A stretch of DNA of 64,000 nucleotides from Eledone cirrhosa (Eukaryota), in the NCBI GenBank assembly GCA_964016885.1, contig OZ024741.1:109244001-109308000 (forward strand), given 5' to 3'. Below are positions 12,829-25,840 of this stretch, piece after piece; the first letter of the stretch is position 1, and each line of letters begins with the position of its first letter. A model generated the notes under the pieces. It was not told the DNA's origin, did no database searches, and saw nothing but the letters and a program-made list of their open reading frames with translations. Position numbers and translations under genes: made by a program.

Positions 12829-13335
12829 GTTGCCGTTATTGTTGTCATTGTAGTTAACGTTGTTGTCATTGTAGTCAACGTTGTTGTTGTTGTTGTTGTT
12901 GTTGTTGCCGTTATTGTTGTCATTGTAGTTAACGTTGTTGTCATTGTAGTCAACGTTGTTGTCATTGTAGTCAACGTTGTTGTTTTGTTGTTGTTGTTGT
13001 TGTTGTTGTTGTCATTGTAGTTAACCCCGTTGTTGTTGTTGTTGTTGCCGTTATTGTTGTCATTGTAGTTAACGCTGTTGTTGTTGTTGCCGTTATTGTT
13101 GTCATTGTAGTTAATGTCGTTGTAATTGTAGTCGAAGTTGTTGTTGTTGTTGTTGTTGCCGTTATTGTTGTCATTGTAGTTAACGTCGTTGTAATTGTAG
13201 TCGAAGTTGTTGTTGTTGTTGTTGTTGTTGTTGCCGTTATTGTTGTCATTGTAGTTAACGTCGTTGTAATTGTAGTCGAAGTTGTTGACGCCGTTGTTGT
13301 TGTTGTTGTTGTTGTTGTTGACGTTATTGTTGTTC
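12730..13335. repeat. (GTT)n-derived minisatellite with unit GCCGTTATTGTTGTCATTGTAGTTAACGTT
   Basis: Directly visible higher-order repeat; the poly-V and poly-T ORFs are artefacts. Confidence 0.9.
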
Positions 13336-13749
13336 TCGGGTTGTTGTGGTTAATGTTGACGGTGTTGTTGCTGTTGTTACCATTACCGTCGTCGTCGTCG
13401 TCGTCTTTGTTGTTGTTTTTATTGTTGTTCTCAGTGTTTTCTGTGTTATGCTTCGTTTCGTTTACATTTTTCATCTTAAATTTACTTTCTGGTTTTCTCT
13501 TCTTGTTCCTTTTGTTATATGGTGTGTATATGTGTGTTTGTGTGTGTTTGTGTATGTGTTTGTGTGTGTGTGCTTGTGTGTGTGTGTGTGTGCTGTGTTT
13601 TTGCATGTGTTTGTACATTTGTTCATATATGTGCATATATGTGTAAGTTTGGGCATGTACGTGTATACATGTATGAATAGAAGTGTGTGGGTGTTTGTTT
13701 TAATGCTTTGTTTCTATATTGATAACTTGCTACATATTGCAGATACTTC

Positions 13750-14140
13750 TGGATCCATTTCTATAAGCAATAATTTTTGTAAACAAGTTTGGTAGTGGGT
13801 TTAACGAGTGGACAAAGAGCAGTACTGGCAATATATTGCTCTGGTATCAAGAAAATGGTGTAACAAGTTTTGGCTGGGCGTTGGATAGTAGCTACTGGTA
13901 GATGTAGGATTTGATGAACATTAAAGCCCTGATAGTTCACCGATGCCATATACTATCAAAAGCTATTTGTTAGTCAAGCTACACTACAGCCCGATTCCTA
14001 CAGTTCTTCAATGTTTTCCCGTGCATAATGTTCTCAAGTAATAGTTGTTTTATACTGGCAACACTTCTTTATCGCAGTTTTGTTTTGTTAGGGACAGGCC
14101 AGTTTTAAGACAATCACTTATTACCACATGAACTAGCTAC
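13750..14140 (-). pseudogene. Decayed R4/Dong-like RT fragment
   Basis: Minus frame IKQLLLENIMH...AVV*LD*QIAFDSIWH parallels GCIDHLLINK...WLDYQK at 23423-23605. Confidence 0.55.
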
Positions 14141-14449
14141 ATCATAGCACATATATGAGAGACGAATTGTTAACCAAAGTAAAAACAATTTAAGTTAAAA
14201 CTTCTACTCTAGCTGCTGAAATTCAGGTAAAAACTCACCGATAAATTATACAAAATATACAGAAAAAAAATTTAACACCAATAAAAGTAGCAATCAAACG
14301 TCAGAGGAAGAGGTCAAAAGAAAACATTACAGGAAAAGTTCGAAGAAAAGCTCCAATAAATTTTTTTGTTTTGTTTCATAGTTTTATTTAAGCTATTAAA
14401 TAGAACGTGATTTTTTTTTCTCATGCGTGTTCATTTAATATAGTATTCG

Positions 14450-14635
14450 GTTATTGGCAGTATCGTTAGAGGGTCGGACGCCATGCTTTCCAGCATAGAG
14501 TTACGCCCCTTTATGGTCTGAGTTCAAATCCTGCCGAGGTTAACTTTGCCTTTCATCCTTATGGGGTCGATAAGATAAAGTACCATTAATGCACTGATAT
14601 AATTGTTGGCCTTATGCCAATAGTAGAAACAATTA
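14450..14635 (+). mobile_element. SINE copy (same family as 11598)
   Basis: Same B-box, middle domain and tail. Further decayed copies at ~19988-20140, ~24870-25010 and ~56700-56790. Confidence 0.85.
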
Positions 14636-15309
14636 TTTATGGTATTTAAATAATTTGTCCTATAATTCTATTCCCAGCCTAAATTGTCACGTTTTTTTTA
14701 ATAAATATTTTTGTGACTTTATTTCCATTCACCATCTTCTAAAGGATCTCTTGTTTAATCACGGGGCTCTATTTTCGCAGTGAAAGAAATGATTGATAAA
14801 TATATGATTATAACTGTTTACAAATTCCATCACAAATTTGCTGTATCAGTGTCCCGATCAGTTATGTTAGTATATTATGGGTGATTTTATTAATTCCCGA
14901 GGAATTAAAAGCAATACTTGAAGCCTGTCATGATTTGCACTCGGAAACACTAGATATCTTTCTAAATATCGAGAAAAATATTTTTTCTTTTCTGACGCCT
15001 AGCTGTTTGCGTTATGTCCAACCGATCAAACCTGATTAAACATAAAAAGACAAATACATTTAATAACGGATATTAGACTGTTGAAAACATCAGAACAACG
15101 AGTACATTGTCTGTTTTAAGTTTTAATTTACTGACTAATAAAAGCAAACTGGCCTTCGGGCTTTTAGAGGGAAAAGTCGATAATAAATTGTTAAACTACA
15201 ATTTTTATCATGTTTTTCCAACTTTGACATGTCTTTAAGAAAAACTAATAACAATGTATTGTTTATCCCTTTCTGTATGTGTGTAGGAGGATTTTATATG
15301 TATATGTAT

Positions 15310-15402
<93 letters not shown>

Positions 15403-15405
<3 letters not shown>

Positions 15406-15650
15406 TGGCTGCCAACTCGTTTTCGAGTACGGCCACTACTTTATATCTATGTAGGAGAACCCGTACCGATGCACTGAACGAGTGTGACTTTTTAGTCCAG
15501 CCAGCGACTTGAAAGCTCTGGTACAAACACTACACTTGCGACAATTACTGACACATAGTGCTGGGCCAATGGTACCATGTGACGACAAGTGCAGAGAGGT
15601 CTCCAGATATAAAGCAATGCCTGTGCTGTGAAGCTTTTATAGTGAGCAAA
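15403..15650 (-). mobile_element. 3' part of the bipartite RTE-derived element
   Basis: Near-identical to 34584-34830 and 40655-40899; abuts (TA)n. Confidence 0.85.
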
Positions 15651-15960
15651 CGGAATACAGAGTCAAGATAAAATATTAAAAAAATAATGAATAAAACAAT
15701 GAAACAGTTCCTTATATTAAACAAAAAAAGTTCATTATTTAACGATCGTTTCTGGGATATATATGTGTTAGAATTGGCATGTATATTTAACAGATCTATG
15801 TACAAAATTATACAAAATTATACAAACTATCAAAATTAAATATACATACCAACTCATATATATGCCGTCTTCAGAAATAATTTTGTTTAATATAAGGAAC
15901 TGTTTCATTGTTTTATTCATTATTTTTTTTATATTTTATCTTGACTCTGTATTCCGTTTA
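15648..15960. mobile_element. Fold-back PLE-type unit with ~80-bp inverted arms and an internal hammerhead
   Basis: Arms AAACGGAATACAGAGTCAAGATAAAATA... / ...TATTTTATCTTGACTCTGTATTCCGTTT. Confidence 0.75.
15734..15881 (-). ncRNA. Type-I hammerhead with very long stem II
   Basis: attattt-CTGAAGA-c-ggcatatatatg...catatatatccc-a-GAAA-cgatcg-TT-aaaataat; palindromic loop III CGATCG. Confidence 0.7.
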
Positions 15961-16070
15961 TCTTTCACCGAAAGTGATTTTTCATTGCATCTCTTCTTTC
16001 CATGATATCCGGATTACATTGAGTTCTTCATACGGATTGGACACTACCGTAAACTCTTGGTAGATTTATC

Positions 16071-16109
<39 letters not shown>

Positions 16110-16241
16110 GTGAGGTTTTTTTTACAAAATGAAAAATAACCGAGGTGTCCTACACGATTGAAAGTATAAAGAAAAAAAGATGAAATCGAAAATGCAACTG
16201 GAGTCTTATTTTTAAAAAAAAAATATATATTTATTTGGTTC

Positions 16242-16277
16242 CTTTACCGGTTTCGCAGTTCTTCTGCTTTTCAAAAG
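16242..16277 (-). ncRNA. Decayed minimal hammerhead
   Basis: ctt-TTGAAAA-gcag(aagaa)ctgc-GAAA-ccgg-TA-aag. Two core substitutions, but stem II and the palindromic CCGG loop are intact. Confidence 0.55.
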
Positions 16278-16315
16278 TAGAGTTGAGATGGAGAGTCTGT
16301 GGTTTTTCTCACATC

Positions 16316-16397
16316 TAACAAACATTATAATCAATAGCTATAAAATAAATTAACAGCCATGAATCCAAACACTGCAACAAGGAAATGTATGTATGTA

Positions 16398-16465
<68 letters not shown>

Positions 16466-16672
16466 CTAAGGCCTATCTTAAGCCAGAAGGCTCAGTCGCT
16501 TCACGCCATGAAACCGGGATAAGCACCGACCTAATGAGCCTTCTGGCTTAAGACTTGCTTTAGACATTTTATATATATATATATATATGCATACATACAT
16601 TTCCTTGTCGTTGCAGTGTTTGGATGTGTGGCTGTTAATTTATTTTATAGCTATTGATTATAATGTTTGTTA
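16316..16672. repeat. Inverted duplication whose arms each contain a (TA)n tract
   Basis: Arms ~16316-16496 and ~16535-16672 are reverse complements apart from microsatellite length and a few mismatches. Confidence 0.85.
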
Positions 16673-17953
16673 CACTATTTGGCTTTTTCATGATGTCGCT
16701 TGATTCTTGCTATATTTTTCTTTTATTTTTTCTTTTATTTTGGGGTTTTTTTCCTTGAGAGAGAAAGACATTTTGAAAGAGAGTTTAGTGTTTTAGACGT
16801 GGTACTTGTTGATATTGTTTTTGTTCTTACTTATGAACTGTTTATAATACTTTTCCTGTTTATAATTCATGCCGGTGTTCATATTGCTGGCGGTATTGGT
16901 GGGGTCGTCGTCGTGATGAAGGTGACGATGGTGACGGTGGCAGTGGTGGTGGCAGTGGTGGTGGCGGTGGCGCTGATGCTAACGCGAAACGTAAAAATTG
17001 TCAGTTCATGATCGATCATATATCGTTTTTTTTCTCAAAACTGTTTCAGTTCACATATATTGATATATTGTTGATATGTGATGGATTGGGGGTGGGGATT
17101 ATCAATTCTAGCATCCCTCTGTTTAACCTTCTTTCTTTTTATTTTGTTCCCACTTGATATTAGTTTTTTTTATCGTCAGTGCAAACTTAGTTGAAAATAT
17201 TAATCGACAGCAATTAAGCTGTATCCACATCTCTTAATTTTATTGAGAATTATGAAGCTCCTCAACGCATGCTGCTTTCGTACACTTCGAAAACCTTTCT
17301 CTGCAAGCAATACAATGATTTGGCAAAATATCGAAAGACATAATTTCTGGAAAAGTTATCAGTCAGGGAGATATTAGCTGTATGTCCATTTCTACCTTTA
17401 CACCAGAAGCTGACGTCCTTCCTTATCCGTGTTTATTTTTATTTTCCTGTAACCATCTATTTACAACTTTCATAGTAATCATAAAACATTTAAACAATAG
17501 TGGGTGATCAATACATTTCTATTGACTATGTCTTATCTCTTAAACTTCTTGACTGTCTACCAAATGAAGATGTAATAGGTATGTATGGACCCGTGGGGGC
17601 ACCGTGGTGATATATGTCGTTTGGGGATGATGTTTACAACCTGATGGAGTCTATCTTTTCTCCAGCAGATTTCTTCCAGAGACGAAGAGATAGGAAGTGA
17701 TAGGAAGAATGTGAGAAAGAAATATGGAGGAAGAATAGTTAATCCCTGTACTAAACTAGTACTATCATTATCGACTGCGAAAAGAGGAATGGCGTTGTTG
17801 ATCTCTGTGGGATTTAAACTCAGAAAGAATTCCGGTGTTCTAACCTCTCTGTCAGTTTGATGCCTGAAGCGGCAGTAAGCTATTATAAAACAAATAGAAC
17901 ACTTATAATACATAGAACACTTCAAAAACTATTGAAATATAGAGGTTTAGTCC

Positions 17954-18073
17954 CGTTGTGCCTCTTCCCCAGGGCATAGTAGCTCTTTTGAATCTTAAGT
18001 TTGATTTATAGTTATCTATAAATCAAACTTAAGATTCAAAAGAGCTACTATGCCCTGGGGAAGAGGCACAACG
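17954..18073. repeat. Perfect hairpin with 58-bp arms and a TTAT loop
   Basis: 17954-18011 is the exact reverse complement of 18016-18073. Confidence 0.93.
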
Positions 18074-18361
18074 TGTCAAAGGTGAAATTAGGGAGCGGGG
18101 ACAAGATTTCCACTAGTTACAATGCTAATCTGCAATATAGCTGATAGGCTGTTATTTTCCTCATGAAAATGATATGATAGTAAGTGTGATATGTGAATTA
18201 GTACAAAATGTAAGGGGACAAATTTCCCATTTCCAGTGTTCCTTAATTCCGTTTTACTTTTGGTAAATTAATTTTTTTCCGTTTTCGCTTTTTATAAATT
18301 CCCCTTTTCAAGATTATTATATTGCATTGGTAAATTGAAATAAATTGTTATAAACCCCCGG

Positions 18362-18680
18362 ATAAACTGTAAAACTAGAAACGTAGTCTATAGCATAAGA
18401 TTTACAGAGGGTACTTGCAGAAACATGACAACAGCATACATAGGCGAGACAGCTCGTAGCATAGGTGAAAGGAGAGACCAACACTAGGGGGAACTAAAAG
18501 GACAAAAAAACGGTTCAGTATTATACGAACATGCCAGACAACAACACGACGGTAACATAGACAACATAGAAATTAGAATAATTTCTAAACATAGAAATGA
18601 CCCAGCAGATAGACAAATCAGAGAGGCCAGTGAAATAGAACTTAGAAGGCCAAGGCTAAACGGAAAAAATGAATGGAATA
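18362..18680 (+). pseudogene. Penelope-like GIY-YIG endonuclease remnant (absent from the ORF track)
   Basis: Manual translation: INCKTRNVVYSIRFTEGTCRNMTTAYIGETARSIGERRDQH*GELKGQKNGSVLYEHARQQH...RQIREASEIELRRPRLNGKNEW. Shows VVY, YIG, R, H, E and LN motifs with one stop. Confidence 0.88.
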
Positions 18681-18985
18681 ACAACAACACCCAAACAAAC
18701 AACACTGACCTAAGAGAAGTATAAATAAATAAATAAATAAATAGATAAATAAATAAATACATACACAAGCACAATAACAACAAACACATATAAACACACA
18801 CTAGTAAATATAGAATACATTAACCAATACACAGTCACCCAAACACGAACACACATCAAACAAAACACTATACACACACGCAAACGCATGCGCAAAGAAG
18901 ACAAAAAAATAAACAAATAAATAACGATATAAACAGACTAAATAAAGATGGCGTAGACATACAATGCAACGGGAGGAAACAATAG

Positions 18986-19030
18986 CACCAATGACGATGT
19001 TGCAGATGTGCAACGAAAGAACTTTGATAG
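18986..19030 (+). ncRNA. Decayed hammerhead in the 3' pLTR of the 18362 PLE
   Basis: aTGACGA-t-gttgca(gatg)tgcaac-GAAA-gaac-TT-tg; perfect 6-bp stem II, C3 mutated. Confidence 0.6.
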
Positions 19031-20407
19031 ACTATATATATGTGTTTGTGTCTATATTGTATCTGTATTTTTGACCGTTGGTCAGTCAATGGCAACATTG
19101 AGGACCGAATAAATTAAATTAACCGATATAAAAGACACAGAAGCGAAAAGCGAAAACCAACCAAACAGTGAGTGTGTTCTGTTATTAATTCTGGCAATAT
19201 TACACAAATATGACCCTCCCCAAGTATAACAATAATTGTTTTATAAATTCTATTAAAACAGGGACAAATAGTCAAGTTTAAGGAAACTATTGCGCACGAA
19301 AATTGTTCTGCCACGAGACATAGAAATATAGTTTGCGGGCAACATGCAACCCACAGACTACGTGTTTGAGATCCTACTATAGATGAACCTATGTTTAAAA
19401 TAACAAAACCCTCCTGCCACTAGATGTTTGACAATAATTTGTCTAATATGTTAATAAATGAGACTCAAATATTAACAGTAGCTATTTAGGAGTATTCTTT
19501 ATCACTGAAAAATAAATGTGACATTTATAAAATTTCAAAGAAAATCGGAAAATACATTACAATTTAAATTTATACTTGAACTAAGTGCACAGGGTAAAAT
19601 ACATTTTTATGTAAATATAGAAGAAACAATAATAACAAAAGAAAAAATGGTGTATACTAAAGCCACAAATAAATGAATACATTTAAATGTTAAGAATGGA
19701 TGTCCAGAGAATTATATAGTTGAAGTAATTTCGACTATACTTATACATCAAAGGCGGCAGTTAACTCTATCGGAATTCTATACATCAAAACAAATATATA
19801 ACAAGACAGATATTTACGAATTAAATGAAACAGACATTTACAAAATATATTCTTATACGTTAACCAATAAATTTACAAAGACAAAATATAATTTATTTTG
19901 ATACAGAAAAAAAGGTTAATTTGTTGTACTTTGTATCAACCCTAGTATTTCAAGTCTAATTAATTTTGCCATCCCTAGGGTATTGACGAGGCGGGAAATT
20001 GGCAGAGCTGTTAGAAAATCGGATAGAATGTTTTGTAGTGTTTGTTCAGGATCGCAACACTCTGAATTCAAATACCGTCGCGGTCCACTATGGCTTTTAT
20101 CATTGCGAGGTCGATATATAAAGTATCAGTCCAGTACTGGGGTCGATTCTTCCTTTATGTCTCTTTCCCACTTATATGCCCCCCTCTCTCTCTCTCTATC
20201 TTTCTTTCTTTCTTTCTCCCTATGCCTCTCTCTCTCTCTCCTTCTCGATACATCAATAAGATGCCCCTACGATTCCACCAAGAATTACGTGTTAAATTAA
20301 CGGAAGGGTGCCTTTAGCGGTATCTACTCTATATCAGGAATTCTTTACAGATCTTCGCCTTGTGGAATTCTTCCTACCTACTCCCAACTCGTCTCTAGGT
20401 CATGGAG

Positions 20408-20523
<116 letters not shown>

Positions 20524-21269
20524 AATAGAAAAACAAGAAGCCTAAAGACAAGAGCAAATTTCAAAATTTAAACATTTTAGAGAAACTAATATGAATGGTT
20601 ATAAACATTTATGTAAAGATAAATAGATCTAGAGTCATTACGGATATTGGAAGAGATTGGTTAAGCGAGTACAAGGGACTCTGTTTTGACATTTACTAGG
20701 AAAGCAAACGGAAGTAGAAAGCAAGTTATAAGAAGATATTATTTGAGATCAGATCATAAAGACAAGAATAAGCTTATAGCTTATATGCATTTCTGCATGT
20801 AAAACATCGGTTGAAGATGCCTATTTGCATATAGTGCAAATAAAACATCGACTAGTGATGCTCATTTGCATATGGTGCGAAGATGACAGCTAGGGTTGAT
20901 TAACAGTAAAAATAAAGTAGCATGTTTCATAATAGGGGTGTATATTGAGACATATACGATATTCTTATCAATAATAAACATACAAGCATCTCTCTGTGTG
21001 TACGTTAAGCTATGATCATCTTAGAGTTGTGAATATTAAAGTATATACGAGATGTTTATGTATAACACATATACAGGAGTGTCCCTATTAGTACTGTAAA
21101 CCATGATCATGTCATAGCTGTCTCAGTAGCCATATGAAAATATCAGAAATGCGTTTTTGGATTGTTATCCACCATCAGTGAGAATTACCTACCTACCTAC
21201 ATATACATACATATATACATACAAACATACATACATAAGCATGCACGTATATATGTATGTATGCATGTA

Positions 21270-24058
21270 TTTCGAGTACATTTTTGACCGGCCACATTCC
21301 TGGTGGCAAGGTTGTAAAATAAAAGAAATTGTCATCCGTTGAATCGCAAGAACTTTTTGCCAATTTTGAAGGTGCCAGCTATCTCAGCCATTTGTAGTCT
21401 ATGAATTAGGGAGCTGTGCTCTTTGTCCACAAATCCAAGTTCCGTTATACTTTGGTCCAAGCGGGTTGGTATATAACCTGTAGCTCCAATAATGATGGGT
21501 AGGAAGGTGAAAGAGTATCTTGGATACTGGATCTGCAAACTCCTCATCAATGGCCCGTTAATGTCCTCCTTCTTTTGTATTTTTCTTACAACGTTGACAT
21601 CAAGTAGGCAGCTGGTCTCTACAATAGAGCACGTTTTCAATGTGTGGTCCCAAACAACAATATCAGGCCGGTTGTGCTTTAATTTGGTGGCATTTTTTAT
21701 TTTCAGGTTCCACCAGTATTCTTTAGTTCCATCTATCTCAACATATTCCTCTTCATTTGTTTTTAATTTTGTTTTCCTAGGTGTGCTCCAGATGGTTCTA
21801 GCTATCACATCGTGTCTCATGGGGAGGTAGTAACGGGACGACATTCTTTCGCAATTGGCATCAATGTGGCTAACATCTTCGATCTTTGTTTTACAAAGCC
21901 TACATCTATTGTCGACTGATGGCCCTCCTCTTTTGTGTAGCAGATATTTGGCAGGGATTTCTTGTTCCTGTATTGCATAGAGATATCCTTCAAGGTGGGA
22001 TGTCATAAACTTGTCAGAACTCCATGCCAGGCTTTTTTAATGATTTAACCCCTCTATGGTCCGTGTTTTTCGTCTCAGGTACCCATGCACAACTTTCTCT
22101 GTAAATTGGAGCATTTGTGTTATCTTGTTCGAACATTGAATAGGATCTTCCAATTTCCATGGGAGAGAGATTTATATCAGGCTCTATTCCATATCTCTCC
22201 TCCAGATCAGTGGCTATCCTAATGATATTATTTTCTTCATCGGTATAGGGTCGGATGCCATGCTTTGACGCATAGAGTTACGGCCCTTGCCATTCTAAGT
22301 TCAAATCCCGCCGAGGTTAACTTTGCATTCATCCTTACGGGGTCTATAAAATAAAGTACCAGTAATGCACTGGGATAACTGCTGGCCTTGTGCCAAAAGT
22401 AGAAACAATTATTTTTTTCATGCTCCATTCTGAGTTCAAATCCCGCCGAGGTTAACTTTGCCTTTGATACTTACGGGGTCGATAAAATAAAGTCCCAGTA
22501 ATACACTGGGTAATTGCTGGCCTTGTGCCAAAAGTAGAAACAATTATTTTCTTCTGCTCATAGACCTGGGCAAGATGGTTGCTGACCCTTTTCTTCAGCT
22601 GAAGATATTGCTTCAGTGTTACTATTCGGGTCTCGTATGATGTTAATATGGATTTAGATCCCGGCCACCTTCCTTGCGTGAGAAGTATAGCCTATTCACA
22701 TAACCATTGATGTTAAAGTTTCCAGTCACACTGAGAAGCTTGCGAGTTCTTACATCCATCTCACTTATTTTTTACAATGACCAGTTCAGCAGACCAAATG
22801 TTGGCGTTAGGATTGGAACAGCATAAGTATTGTGGGCAATGTATTTGTTGTACGCTGATAGTTCTGATGACCATATTTCCTTTACTCTCCTGGGTATTCA
22901 GGTTTGGTTCTCTCCTTATTTATGGGTCCATCATATCTGACATTCTCATCCTGTCCAAGATATCGGTAGTTGTCACCTGACTGTAGAGGTTGTATTGCCA
23001 AGCCGTTCATCTCTAGATTTCCAGGGGAGGGCACAACCCTTCCACGTTTTACTTTCAAATATGTACATTTGGACTCACGAAATTTCCTTCTAATGTCTGC
23101 AGAAAATTGTTTAATGGGATCTAATTGTTTTTTTTAATATAGTTGATATTTGGCCCATACAACTTCAGGTCATCAACAAAGAAAAGATGGGAGATACTTT
23201 TGGACCCACTTCCAAGACCACTTTGTTTTGTGGGCAGGTATAATAGTGGATTTAGTGAGAGGACGAAAAGCAGCACTGATAAGCTATCACCCTGAAAGAT
23301 GCTTTTCTGGTAGTGTATTGTGTCAGTCTTAATTTGTTCCTTCTCACTCCTAAGGATCGAATTGGTGTACCAGTTCTTGGTCAGGCGTTCAACAGCAGCT
23401 ACTAGTGGTTGTAGGGCTTTGGTTAACTGTAAAGCCTTAATAATCCACCCACCTTCTGATAGTCCAGCCACACCACAATCATGCTCTTGCGATTCTTTGC
23501 TGTTTTTTCCTGTATCATTTTATTTATTAGTAGGTGATCTATGCAGCCCCACACTTCCTTCTTTCCACCAGCTTGCCCAGGTGTTATAATTTTGTTGTGG
23601 ACCAATGATCCTGTAAGAACAGATCAAGGCACCCAGTGTATAATTTATACATGATGTTCTGGCAGGCTATTGGGCGGTAGTTTTTAGCAAGGGTGATATG
23701 GCTATTTTTGGGGGGGGCGGGGATAGTAGTGGCAGTTGATAACCATTGAGGAAGTTCTTGCGTGCCTTTGATGGCTCCTCTGAACAACCATATAAGATCT
23801 TGCCGATAGAAGGTGAAATTCTTCAACCAGTATCCTGTTATGAGGACTGGGCCTGGTGATTTCCTATTCGACATTTTCTGCAGAGCTGTTTCCAGTATTG
23901 ACCCATCTATGTCATATAGTTTTGTCTAGGCATGCTGACGGTAGGAGTTCCAGTTCTTTTAGCCATTTAGTTTGTTTGCTAAATCCGTCATTAGTTTCCC
24001 ATACAGATCTCCAGTAGCTCTCAACCTGTTCTTTTGTTGGGGTGTCATTTACAGAGAT
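21270..24058 (-). mobile_element. 5'-truncated R4/Dong-like non-LTR retrotransposon (RT plus CCHC and restriction-like endonuclease), decayed
   Basis: KSPGP...NYRPIAC (23584-23874), WLDYQK, IFQGDSLS...HLFFVDDLKLY (23121-23471), and AIQEQEI..CRLC..HI..C..RHD..RPDIVV (21332-22006). Confidence 0.88.
22237..22548 (+). mobile_element. Tandem SINE pair inserted into the R4/Dong element
   Basis: Two SINE bodies; ATTATTTTCTTC occurs on both sides as a probable TSD overlapping the SINE tail. Confidence 0.8.
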
Positions 24059-24415
24059 GTATGTAGTGTGGATGTATGTAGGTATGTATGCATGTATATA
24101 TGCGTTTGCGTTTATGTATGTAAGTGTTACATAAAAGATAGAAAAAACTAGGCAGTGAAAGTTGATAAATCAGACGTTAATCGCGGGAATTTTTATATTT
24201 CCAAAAGCTGACATTGGAGAATTCTCTGACAGATATTTATGGTTCTACAATTAATGTTCTCTAACACTAAGATATGTGTTTACAGAAGATTACTGCAGCC
24301 AAAATAGATTATATTTTCTTCTTAGCTGATGTGGACGTCATTTGCATCTTGCTTTAGCGCGTAATTTTAGATGATATATTGAATATTATTATTGCATCTG
24401 CCAGGATGTATAGAT

Positions 24416-24525
<110 letters not shown>

Positions 24526-24604
24526 CTGTATATATATATATGTATATATGTATGTGTATATATATATATATAGATATGTGTGTGTGTGTGGGTGTATATA
24601 TATG

Positions 24605-24644
<40 letters not shown>

Positions 24645-24670
24645 GGTGTATATATATATATGTATGTGTG

Positions 24671-24734
<64 letters not shown>

Positions 24735-25270
24735 ATATATATATACAGAGAGAGAGAATAAATTTCAATATAGAAATCCCTTGGAGCACGTTATTATTTA
24801 AATTAGTCTTCTTTTTTTCTGAGCTGGTGGTGTATTTTTAACTTAATTTTCAATCCTATAACTATATAAGCGGTGAATTGACAGAGTCGTCGAAATGTCG
24901 GATAGAATGCTTTCCGGTATATATATTGTTCTCTGCACGCTGGATTTACATCCCACCAAAGTTACCTTTGCGTTTCATTCTTTCAGGGTGGAGAAAAATG
25001 GATCAGTCCAGTAATAGCATCAATATTTCTTCCGTATCTGTTTCTTACGTCCCCTCTCTCTCTCTATATATATATATTATCAAACCACTTTCCACTGATT
25101 GACCTCGATGTCACGTGATTGATTCTTTTTGAATTTGCCACAGACGCAGAGGCAGTGATTTTCTCAATGGCTAGGAATTCAGTCCACGCTTTGCTATTTC
25201 CTATCCACTGAATTATTTTTTAATAAGTTTCCAGAGGCCCCGCTTTGCCTGGAAACTTAACTGAGAATGG

Positions 25271-25352
25271 ACTTCCCTGACGACGGAATGTTTCTCCATA
25301 TCTTCTTCGGAAAATATATTTACTCCATTCCAGAAACTAATTAGTTGGAAGT
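25271..25352 (+). ncRNA. Type-I hammerhead, long stem II variant, in a solo pLTR (25080-25404) between (TA)n tracts
   Basis: acttcc-CTGACGA-c-ggaatg...cattcc-a-GAAA-ctaattag-TT-ggaagt; stems I and II covary with the 8073 and 8608 copies. Confidence 0.85.
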
Positions 25353-25397
25353 GATATTTTAGTAAGTAAGTTAATTTTATAATTTTCTTATTTTACG

Positions 25398-25437
<40 letters not shown>

Positions 25438-25444
<7 letters not shown>

Positions 25445-25840
25445 TAAAAGGAATTCCAACTTTGTCTGATTTACTCGTTTTATTTACAATCCTTTAACAT
25501 TATAATGGTATTAGAATGAAATAGTATGGTAGATATTAAATGTTAAGTGTTAATTGAACAAGTACTTTCATGCTTTCGCAATCTTCAGGTTCATATTCTG
25601 TGGTGACAGTGAAGTTTGCAATTTTCAACTGTGGAAAATTTTCAACATTTGAAAATTGCAAACTTGACTGTCACCACAGAATATGAACCTGAAGATTGCG
25701 AAAGCATGAAAGTACTTGTTCAATTAACACTTAACATTTAATATTTTCCCATACTATTTCATTCTAATACCATTATAATGTTAAAGGATTGTAAATAAAA
25801 CGAGTAAATCAGACAAGGTTGGAATTCCTTTTATTAATAT
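25438..25840. mobile_element. Near-perfect ~400-bp palindrome of two pLTR-like units next to (TA)n
   Basis: Arms ~25438-25627 and ~25650-25840. Confidence 0.88.
25684..25722 (+). ncRNA. Minimal type-I hammerhead (identical mirror copy at 25555-25593, minus)
   Basis: tgaac-CTGAAGA-t-tgc(gaaa)gca-t-GAAA-gtac-TT-gttca; palindromic GTAC loop III. Confidence 0.88.

Noticed and set aside
16490-16555. GAAAC...CTAATGAGCC as a hammerhead
   Set aside because: The stems do not close in any HHR topology; the segment looks like a SINE/LINE 3' tail.
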